Below, piece after piece: positions 8,169 to 14,714 of a DNA stretch of 14,714 bases. How positions within the stretch are numbered: position 1 is the first letter of the stretch; the number at the start of each line of letters is the position of its first letter. The notes under the pieces are model-generated. The model had not been told where the DNA came from. It ran no database searches and saw only the letters and a program-made list of their open reading frames with translations. The translations under genes were made by a program, and so were the position numbers. The stretch is from Candidatus Phoenicimicrobium oleiphilum. Its GTDB lineage: Bacteria > Atribacterota > Phoenicimicrobiia > Phoenicimicrobiales > Phoenicimicrobiaceae. The stretch is from contig JBDIWJ010000040.1 of the NCBI GenBank assembly GCA_039638295.1, positions 1-14,714 on the forward strand. Direction: 5' to 3'.

Positions 8169-8627
8169 ATGAATAAAAATATAATAATATTTTTACTTGC
8201 TGTAGCAGTAATTATACTGGGAGGTATTTTAATATTTAGCAATAACCAAAATAGTTCCTCTAATGCTAACTCAAATAAGTCTAAACTTCAGCCAAGGATT
8301 ATAGTTTCGGAAGAAGAATGGGATTTTGGAAAGGTAGTTCAGGGGGAAAAGCCTACCCATACTTTTATGGTAAAAAATGGAGGAGAAGGGGAGTTAATTA
8401 TTGAGCGGATAAAAGAATCTTGTAGTTGTATAGAGGCTTCAATTTCTACTACTCGCCTTCAATCGGGAGATACAGCAGAAGTTACTGTAACCTATGATAC
8501 TACAGATTATTTAGGAAAGGATGAAAAACATATCCATATTTATTCAAATGATCCTGGAGTGCCAGATAAAAGAATTAATTTATATGTTGAAATAGAAAAG
8601 CCAAAAATACCTTATTTAAATGACTAA
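8169..8627 (+). CDS. Membrane-anchored DUF1573-type (Ig-like) protein with CxC motif
   Basis: N-terminal TM, N/S-rich linker, WDFGKV..HTFMVKNGG..LII..ESCSC..IYSNDP pattern; SD AAGGAG. Confidence 0.8.
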   Translation: MNKNIIIFLLAVAVIILGGILIFSNNQNSSSNANSNKSKLQPRIIVSEEEWDFGKVVQGEKPTHTFMVKNGGEGELIIERIKESCSCIEASISTTRLQSGDTAEVTVTYDTTDYLGKDEKHIHIYSNDPGVPDKRINLYVEIEKPKIPYLND

Positions 8628-8689
8628 ATAATAGAGAAAGAGTAATGTTTAATTTCACCATAAATCGAGAGTCATACAGGAGAAAAAAA

Positions 8690-9598
8690 ATGAATAATAT
8701 AGTAGAAAGAATTGCAAAACTTAAAAAAGAAAAGGATGCTATTATCTTGGTCCATAATTACCAGAGACCAGAGATTCAGAATATTGCAGATTTTCTGGGC
8801 GATTCCCTGGGACTTGCCAGGGAAGCTGCAAAAACAAATGCACGGATAATAGTCTTTTGTGGTGTCCGTTTTATGGCGGAGACTGCAAAGATACTTTCTC
8901 CTGAAAAGATGGTTATCATACCCAGGAAAGATGCGGGATGTCCGATGGCAGATATGATAACTGCTAAGGATTTAAGGAGATTGAAAAAGAATTATCCTGA
9001 GGCGAAAGTAGTTTCCTATGTTAACACTAATGCAGAAGTGAAGGCTGAATCTGATATTTGTTGCACTTCTGCTAATACTATAGAAATAGTTAAGAATATT
9101 TCTGCAAAGAGGATAATCTTTACTCCAGATAAAAATCTTGCCGCATACTGTCAGAGATTTATAGATAAAGAGATAATTCCCTGGAATGGTTACTGCTATG
9201 TCCATGAAAGAATAACCGAAAAAGAAGTGCGCCTGGCCAAGGAAAAATTTCCTGATGCTCTTCTACTTGTCCATCCAGAGTGTAATCCGTCAGTTATTGA
9301 ACTCGCTGATGAGGTTTTATCCACCAATGGCATGTTGAACTTTGCGAAAAAATCGGATAAGAAGAGATTTCTCATAGGAACAGAGAAAGGGCTCATCTAT
9401 CGATTAAAAAGGGAAAATCCCGGGAAGGAATTTTACACTGCTGGTACAGCTAAGATATGCCGAAATATGAAACTAACCACCCTAAATGATTTATGCCTCT
9501 CGCTGAAAGAGGAACGCTACGTCATCGAGCTGCCGGAAGAAATCATTAAATCTGCGGGAAAGACATTGAAAGCAATGTTAGAAAACATTCATAGATAA
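8690..9598 (+). CDS. nadA: Quinolinate synthase ([4Fe-4S])
   Basis: HNYQRPE, GDSL, FCGVRFMAETAK, GCPMAD, YVNT, CTSAN, CYVH, HPEC, GTE, CRNMK; SD AGGAG (8678-8682) favours ATG 8690. Confidence 0.95.
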   Translation: MNNIVERIAKLKKEKDAIILVHNYQRPEIQNIADFLGDSLGLAREAAKTNARIIVFCGVRFMAETAKILSPEKMVIIPRKDAGCPMADMITAKDLRRLKKNYPEAKVVSYVNTNAEVKAESDICCTSANTIEIVKNISAKRIIFTPDKNLAAYCQRFIDKEIIPWNGYCYVHERITEKEVRLAKEKFPDALLLVHPECNPSVIELADEVLSTNGMLNFAKKSDKKRFLIGTEKGLIYRLKRENPGKEFYTAGTAKICRNMKLTTLNDLCLSLKEERYVIELPEEIIKSAGKTLKAMLENIHR

Positions 9599-9618
9599 TT
9601 TTGTAATAAAAAATAAAA

Positions 9619-9627
9619 TGTTATAAT
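9619..9627 (+). promoter_or_regulatory. Extended -10 promoter candidate for the permease gene
   Basis: TGTTATAAT (TGn plus consensus -10) in the nadA-permease gap; no well-spaced -35. Confidence 0.4.
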
Positions 9628-9678
9628 TATTGTAATTTACCATAAATTTATTTGAAAGGAAAATTTAGTGTAAAGGCC

Positions 9679-10707
9679 ATGATAATAGAATTTTTTACAA
9701 CATTCAAAGAATATCTGGTTGAAGTATTACCTTTTATGATTATCGGGTTTGCCTTAAGTGGTTTAATCCATGAGTTTATTCCTACACGATTAGTGGAAAG
9801 ACATCTTGGCGGTAAAGGTATAAAACCTATTCTTTATTCTACCCTTGTCGGGACACTTCTTCCTGTCTGCTGTATAGGTTCACTCCCGATAGCATTAAGC
9901 CTACACCAGAAAGGGGCAAGACTTGGACCTGTTTTAGCTTTTTTGGTAGCCACACCCGCCACTTCTATAACTGCCATTTTAGTTTGTTATGGTCTGTTAG
10001 GGTTAAAATTTACACTGTTTATATTTTTTGCCGTAATTTTAATGGGATTAATTATGGGAATCATGGGTAATTTAATTAAACTTGCGCCACCTAAAAATAT
10101 GGCTAATTATGTTTGCTGTCAAGAAAAGGAACTGGCTGTAGATCCTATCTGCGGAATGAATGTGGATATAAACAAAGGATTAAAAACAGAGTATCAAGGG
10201 GAGTATTATTATTTTTGTTCAGCTCATTGTCAGGTCGTTTTTGAAAAAAACTCCGAGAAATTTGTTAATATTAAAGAATATACAGGCGCAAAAAGCATTG
10301 AAGGGAGGTTAAGGTCTGTATTTAAATATGCATTTATTGATATGGTTAAGGAGATCGGACCCGAAATATTTATAGGGTTAGTATTTGCAGCATTAGTGTC
10401 CACAATTACTCTGGTAGGGAAATTTGTAGGGGACCACTTTGGTGGTGGTCTTGGTTATCTATTCAGTCTTGGCTTTGGTTTGATAATGTATATCTGTTCT
10501 ACTGCTAGTGTGCCTTTAGTTCATGCTTTTATTTCCCAGGGTATGAATATTGGAGCTGGTATGGTATTGCTTATAGCAGGACCGGTTACCAGCTGGGGGG
10601 TTCTTTTAGTCCTAAGGAAGTCTTTTGGCGGTAAAACATTAATTTTGTATTTAACCATTATTAGCATTTTAGCTCTCTCTTTGGGTTATACATTTTCTCT
10701 AATTTAA
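9679..10707 (+). CDS. DUF318/ArsP-type permease with internal YHS domain
   Basis: Two homologous hydrophobic halves with LPVCCIGSLP..FLVATP and MYICSTASVP..LIAGP; YHS domain at 10135-10263. Start uncertain (TTG 9652 or ATG 9679). Confidence 0.88.
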   Translation: MIIEFFTTFKEYLVEVLPFMIIGFALSGLIHEFIPTRLVERHLGGKGIKPILYSTLVGTLLPVCCIGSLPIALSLHQKGARLGPVLAFLVATPATSITAILVCYGLLGLKFTLFIFFAVILMGLIMGIMGNLIKLAPPKNMANYVCCQEKELAVDPICGMNVDINKGLKTEYQGEYYYFCSAHCQVVFEKNSEKFVNIKEYTGAKSIEGRLRSVFKYAFIDMVKEIGPEIFIGLVFAALVSTITLVGKFVGDHFGGGLGYLFSLGFGLIMYICSTASVPLVHAFISQGMNIGAGMVLLIAGPVTSWGVLLVLRKSFGGKTLILYLTIISILALSLGYTFSLI

Positions 10708-10785
10708 CTAACAACAAGATATCTTTTTAACCTAAAACAAGTAAAAATAAACATTGAAAATATAATTAGTAAAAAATAGGAAAGG

Positions 10786-11130
10786 ATGAAATATAAGATG
10801 ATGATAACTTTTGAAGATTTTCAGAAAATAGATATCCGGGTTGGTAAGATAATTGAAGTTTTAGATTTTAAAGAAGCCAGGAATCCCTCCTATAAAATAA
10901 AGATTGATTTTGGAGGATTAGGGATAAAAAATTCTTCTGCTCAGATTACCAAATTATACTCTAAAGAAGATTTGCTTAATCGACAGATTATAGCGGTAGT
11001 TAATTTTCCTCCTAAACGGATAGCTGGCTTTAAATCAGAAGTCTTAATTTTGGGAGTAATGAAAGAAGATGGGGAGGTTATTCTGCTTCAACCGGAGCGT
11101 GAAGCTCCCTTAGGCTATCGAATAGGATAG
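10786..11130 (+). CDS. csaA: CsaA/Trbp111 family tRNA-binding chaperone
   Basis: ITFEDFQKIDIRVGKI, SSAQIT, VVNFPPKRIAGFKSEVLILG; the true start may be one of the Met codons at 10798/10801. Confidence 0.9.
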   Translation: MKYKMMITFEDFQKIDIRVGKIIEVLDFKEARNPSYKIKIDFGGLGIKNSSAQITKLYSKEDLLNRQIIAVVNFPPKRIAGFKSEVLILGVMKEDGEVILLQPEREAPLGYRIG

Positions 11131-11132
11131 TT

Positions 11133-11180
11133 AGATAAGGACAAGAATATTTATTGTTTTGTTTTCCTATCTTCTTTTTT
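11133..11180 (+). terminator. Possible weak intrinsic terminator after csaA
   Basis: Imperfect stem AGATAAGGA.../...TCCTATCT followed by TCTTTTTT. Confidence 0.3.
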
Positions 11181-11206
11181 CTATGGTACTTTTCTTTGTT
11201 TTTACC

Positions 11207-11234
11207 CGATACTCGATACTACATACTTGATACA
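11207..11234. repeat. Heptamer tandem repeat, four units
   Basis: CGATACT CGATACT ACATACT TGATACA. Confidence 0.75.
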
Positions 11235-11248
11235 TTCTTTTTTGTCAT

Positions 11249-11279
11249 TTGACCTATACGTGCAAGTATGATATATATT
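11249..11279 (+). promoter_or_regulatory. Promoter of the MerR-family gene, possibly MerR-type long spacer
   Basis: TTGACC (11249-11254), 19-nt spacer, TATATT (11274-11279); short dyad ATAC-N6-GTAT in the spacer. Confidence 0.5.
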
Positions 11280-11334
11280 AAGTAGAATATTTTTTTATTC
11301 TGTATTTATAAAATATTTTAAGGGGAAAATTATT

Positions 11335-11769
11335 ATGGAAGATAAAAAAGAGAAAGAGGAAAGATTTATTCAGATAGGGGAGTTAGCAAAAAAAACAAAG
11401 GTTACTCCTCGAACAATCAAACATTATGAGGAAAAGGGACTCCTGAAACCCTTTAAAAAGACTCAAGGTGGTTTTAGATTATATCAAAATGATAAGGTGA
11501 GATTAGTGGAAAGAATCAGACAGTTAAAAAAAGCTGGATTTTCCTTGAGAGAAGTAAAAGAAATAGAAGAAATAAATGGCGTTGTGGAAGAAGAAAATAT
11601 TTTGGAAAAAGTAGATGTAAATGAATTAGATAAGATGATTAAATTTTTACATTTACAACTAAAAAAAACAGAAGAGAGATTAGAGGAAACAGTTAAAGTA
11701 AAAAGGGGATTAGAAGAGGTAATAGGATTTTTAGAGAAGCGAAGACGGGTTAATAATAGCAAAGCTTAG
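11335..11769 (+). CDS. MerR family transcriptional regulator (no cysteines)
   Basis: IGELAKKTKVTPRTIKHYEEKGLL..TQGGFRLY..GFSLREVK followed by a coiled coil. Confidence 0.92.
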   Translation: MEDKKEKEERFIQIGELAKKTKVTPRTIKHYEEKGLLKPFKKTQGGFRLYQNDKVRLVERIRQLKKAGFSLREVKEIEEINGVVEEENILEKVDVNELDKMIKFLHLQLKKTEERLEETVKVKRGLEEVIGFLEKRRRVNNSKA

Positions 11770-11815
11770 TGGATAATAAAATTAAAAGAATAAACCATAC
11801 TCTTAGAATAAGTTT

Positions 11816-11848
11816 GAGTATTGGAATTTCAAAGAAATTCCGGTACTC
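11816..11848 (+). other. 15-bp RNA hairpin downstream of the MerR gene
   Basis: GAGTATTGGAATTTC-AAA-GAAATTCCGGTACTC; both non-Watson-Crick positions are U-G on the + strand; no U tract follows. Confidence 0.6.
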
Positions 11849-11909
11849 CAGAATGATTCTTATACTAGTTTTCACGGGCACAAGTTTAAAATAAAAGTAA
11901 TGGATTTTA

Positions 11910-12005
11910 ACAAGATTGTCAACAAAAGTTTTTCTAAAACCGAAGAGGAATAAAAAAAGATGGAAGAGGGGTTTCAGAGGGAGTTTACTCCCCTGACAAT
12001 CTTGT
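11910..12005. repeat. 96-bp element bounded by perfect 12-bp inverted repeats (MITE-like or structured RNA)
   Basis: ACAAGATTGTCA (11910-11921) / TGACAATCTTGT (11994-12005); internal GC-rich hairpin TCAGAGGGAG-TTTA-CTCCCCTGA (11974-11996). Confidence 0.55.
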
Positions 12006-12105
12006 AAAAGCAATGAAGATATAAAAATATAAAGGAGATAAAGCCAAAAAGGAAAAAGAAAAGCTAAAAAGAGAATAGGTAAAATGGAAGGAGATGAGAT
12101 AAATA

Positions 12106-12951
12106 ATGGAATGTCCAGAATTTATTGCTATAGGGCACATAACTTATGATATTTATCCCGGAGAAAAATTAATTGGTGGTTCAGCAGCCTATTCTTCTCT
12201 AACTGCTCATAAACTTGGTGTATCTGCTGGAATGATTACCAGTAGAGGATTAGATTTTTCTTGTGATGGCTTATTGAAAGGAATTAATATTGCGGGCTCC
12301 TTATCTCGTAATACTACCACATTTTGCAATTCATATTATCAGGGGAGGAGAAAGCAAATTGTAAGTCAGGTAGCAGATAAGATAAAAAAAGAGCACATCC
12401 CTCCAGGATGGGATAAGGCAAAGATTGTGCATATTTGCCCAGTAGCTGACGAAATAAATCAGGAGATATTTAACCATTTTAAGAATAGTTTGGTAGGGTT
12501 AACCCCACAAGGTTTAATGAGAAGATGGGAAAGTGATGGTAAAGTTTATCCCAGGAAGTGGATTCCGACTTCAGATATAGCATCAAAAGTAGAGGTTATG
12601 ATATTTAGTGATGAAGATATTGCAGTTTTTCCTGAAGTGCTGGAAGAGTATAAGTCCTTAATAAAGATAGTCATTGTTACCCAGGGTAATAGAGGATCGA
12701 TTTTATATTGGAATGGAAAGGAATTTATTTTTCCTGCTTTTAAGACCGAGGAAAAAGATCCAACTGGTGCAGGTGATGTCTTTGCTTCTGCTTTTTTGGT
12801 AAAATATTATCAGACGGGTGATCCTACAGAATCATCGCGTTTTGCTAATTGTGTAGCTTCGTTTGCGGTTGAACAGAAAGGAACTTTAGGAATACCGAAT
12901 TTAGATAAAGTAATTAGAAGAATATCAATGAATAATATTGAAAATGATTAA
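12106..12951 (+). CDS. PfkB/ribokinase family kinase, resembling the myo-inositol 3-kinase subgroup
   Basis: IGHITYD, GGSAAY, TTTFCNSY, PVADE, PQGLMR, VTQG, DPTGAGDVF; SD AAGGAG. Confidence 0.88.
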   Translation: MECPEFIAIGHITYDIYPGEKLIGGSAAYSSLTAHKLGVSAGMITSRGLDFSCDGLLKGINIAGSLSRNTTTFCNSYYQGRRKQIVSQVADKIKKEHIPPGWDKAKIVHICPVADEINQEIFNHFKNSLVGLTPQGLMRRWESDGKVYPRKWIPTSDIASKVEVMIFSDEDIAVFPEVLEEYKSLIKIVIVTQGNRGSILYWNGKEFIFPAFKTEEKDPTGAGDVFASAFLVKYYQTGDPTESSRFANCVASFAVEQKGTLGIPNLDKVIRRISMNNIEND

Positions 12952-13759
12952 AATAAAAGAGATAACTTGTAAAAGTATATTAAATGCTTCTGGAATTCCA
13001 GGGATTGACTATGCCTTAAATCCTTATGTTGGATGTGAACATGGTTGTGTATATTGTTATGCAATTTTTATGAAAAGATTTACCGGACATGATGAACCCT
13101 GGGGAGATTTTGTGGATGTAAAAGTAAATGCTCAAGAAATATTAAAAAAACAACTTGTAAAAATAAAACCGGGTAAAATTTCTATAGGCACAGTGACTGA
13201 TGGTTACCAACCTTTAGAAGGAAAATATAAAATTACCCGCTCTTGTCTTAAGGAATTGATGAAATATAAATATCCTATCTCTATTCTTACAAAATCCTCA
13301 TTAATTTTAAGAGATTTAGACCTTTTAAAGGAATTAAATATTGTGGATGTAGGAATTACCATCACTACTTTAGATGAAGGAGTTAGAAGGATTTTAGAAC
13401 CTAAAAGTAATTCATCAGTTGAAAGATTAGAAACATTGAAAAAGTTGGCGACAGAGGGCATTGATACCTGGGCTTTTTTTGGGCCAGTACTTCCGTATTT
13501 CTCTGATAGTATAGATAAAATTGAGGAGTTATGGATTGCTTTTTCTCAGGTAAAAGTTAGCCAGGTATTGGTAGATACTACAAATCTTTATCCCAAAGTT
13601 TATAGTAATATAAAAAGAATTCTTAGAAGTTTACATCCAGAATTGATAAGTAAATATGAAAATATTTATAGAAATAGATTTAAATATCAAGAAGAATTAA
13701 GATGGAGAGTGGGGACTGTAGCAAGAAAATATAGTATTCCTTATGAAATATGTTTTTAA
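12944..13759 (+). CDS. Radical SAM protein, SPL-like (Rv2578c/PA0069-type) family
   Basis: LNPYVGCEHGCVYCYA (CxxxCxxC), GTVTDGYQPLE, ILTKS, ITITT, LEP; ATG 12944 overlaps the kinase stop (ORF track start is TTG 12938). Confidence 0.88.
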   Translation: MIKIKEITCKSILNASGIPGIDYALNPYVGCEHGCVYCYAIFMKRFTGHDEPWGDFVDVKVNAQEILKKQLVKIKPGKISIGTVTDGYQPLEGKYKITRSCLKELMKYKYPISILTKSSLILRDLDLLKELNIVDVGITITTLDEGVRRILEPKSNSSVERLETLKKLATEGIDTWAFFGPVLPYFSDSIDKIEELWIAFSQVKVSQVLVDTTNLYPKVYSNIKRILRSLHPELISKYENIYRNRFKYQEELRWRVGTVARKYSIPYEICF

Positions 13760-13822
13760 AGATATTTATAAATATATGAAGTAAGAAGTGATAAATACAA
13801 TAATAAGGTTGGGGGTATTTTA

Positions 13823-14623
13823 ATGGCGAAGATAATTGATGAAGACAAAGTCAATCAGGTAGCAGAATTAATTAAAGAATCTAAATATGCCGTTGTTTTA
13901 ACTGGAGCGGGAGTAAGCACTGGATCAGGAATTCCCGATTTTAGAACTCCAGGTAAAGGTATATGGGAGAAGGTAGACCCTTTTAAAGTTACTTCCATAA
14001 CAGCCTTTAAGGAAAATCCTCAACGTTTTTATTATTTTTATCGACCTCGTATTGAAATGTTATCACAAGTTTCTCCCAATCCTGCACATAAAGCTATTGC
14101 CCAGTTAGAAGAGATGGGTTACGTGAAGTGTTTAATCACTCAAAATATCGATAATCTCCACCAGAGGGCAGGTTCAAAGAAGGTGATTGAAGTCCATGGA
14201 ACTTTAAGAGAAGCTATTTGCCAGAGATGTGGAAAGATGGTCTCTTCAGGAATATTAATAAAGAAAATAGACGAAAGCGAAGAAAAAGTCCCTTATTGTG
14301 AGTGTGGAGGGGTGTTTAAACCAAATGTAGTGCTATTTGGAGAGATGCTGCCTAATCTGGACAATGCTGTCTATGAATCTATGCAGGCAGATTTAATAAT
14401 GACTGTTGGTTCGTCTCTTCAGGTTAGTCCAGTTAATATGTTACCCCAATATTGTCTGGATAGGGGAGGCAAATTGATTATTATTAATTTTATGTCTACC
14501 CATTTGGATTATTTAGCGGAAGTAGTAGTCAGAGAAGATGTCTGTAAGTTTTTACCCGCAGTGGTAAAGGCTTTAGGCATAAGGGAAAGAAAAAGGGGGA
14601 TGCCGATAAAAAAAGAGAGATGA
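13823..14623 (+). CDS. cobB: NAD-dependent protein deacylase (sirtuin)
   Basis: TGAGVSTGSGIPDFR, TQNIDNLH, HG, zinc ribbon CQRC...CEC, KPNVVLFGE, GSSLQVSP, IIN. Confidence 0.95.
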   Translation: MAKIIDEDKVNQVAELIKESKYAVVLTGAGVSTGSGIPDFRTPGKGIWEKVDPFKVTSITAFKENPQRFYYFYRPRIEMLSQVSPNPAHKAIAQLEEMGYVKCLITQNIDNLHQRAGSKKVIEVHGTLREAICQRCGKMVSSGILIKKIDESEEKVPYCECGGVFKPNVVLFGEMLPNLDNAVYESMQADLIMTVGSSLQVSPVNMLPQYCLDRGGKLIIINFMSTHLDYLAEVVVREDVCKFLPAVVKALGIRERKRGMPIKKER

Positions 14624-14629
14624 TTAGAG

Positions 14630-14714
14630 ATGAAATGTTTGATTATTGCAGCTGGGGAAGGAAGCAGATTATCCAGCAGGGGCGACTCTAAGCCTCTTAT
14701 TCCCATTTTGGAAT
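14630..14714 (+). CDS. Nucleotidyltransferase (NTP_transf family), truncated at window end; not in the ORF track
   Basis: Manual translation MKCLIIAAGEGSRLSSRGDSKPLIPILE shows the AAGxGxRL...K signature. Confidence 0.8.
   Translation, partial: MKCLIIAAGEGSRLSSRGDSKPLIPILE

Noticed and set aside
170..10707. Hidden selenoproteins via TGA readthrough in the Cys-motif proteins
   Set aside because: The motif positions checked are TGT/TGC, and the TGA stops fall at the expected protein ends
11207..11234. CRISPR array
   Set aside because: 7-nt units with no spacers, and no cas genes in the window
11335..11769. MerR protein as CueR, ZntR or SoxR controlling copA
   Set aside because: It contains no cysteines, so it lacks the metal and Fe-S ligands
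11750..12013. 87-aa minus-strand ORF in the merR-pfkB gap
   Set aside because: No recognisable family or clear SD; its Phe/Leu bias mirrors the purine-rich + strand, and it runs through the inverted-repeat element
12944..13759. True spore photoproduct lyase (splB)
   Set aside because: Shorter than SplB and lacks its N-terminal region; it fits the broader SPL-like family, and there is no sporulation context
1651..14706. Minus-strand ORFs in the track (1651, 3539, 4738, 5312, 6265, 6609, 7720, 8972, 9196, 11484, 14509)
   Set aside because: Antisense shadows of well-supported + strand genes, with no recognisable motifs

Overview
AT-rich bacterial window with every convincing gene on the + strand; the gene content suggests an anaerobe, but taxonomy cannot be fixed from this window. 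Positions 94-10707 form a cysteine/metal-homeostasis cluster behind a consensus sigma70 promoter that is overlapped by an 11-bp perfect dyad. In order: a 3-Cys Rrf2 regulator, a SHOCT membrane protein, a cysteine synthase with a CxxCPP tail, a Cu(I)-type P1B ATPase (CopA), a stand-alone YHS protein, a Cys-motif lipoprotein, a MacB/FtsX permease, two LolD-like ATPases, a DUF1573-type protein, quinolinate synthase NadA and a DUF318/ArsP permease with an internal YHS domain. Downstream lie csaA, a Cys-free MerR regulator, a structured intergenic region (hairpin plus a 96-bp element bounded by inverted repeats), and a PfkB kinase, radical SAM enzyme, sirtuin and truncated nucleotidyltransferase. 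The most notable signals are: (1) a ~101-aa thioredoxin-like two-Cys domain inserted in frame in the CopA actuator domain; (2) a MacB-type ABC system whose two ATPases carry motif deviations that would fall in one composite site, flanked by exported Cys-motif proteins; (3) a possible myo-inositol kinase plus cytidylyltransferase pairing. Family assignments come from motif recognition by eye; no searches were run.
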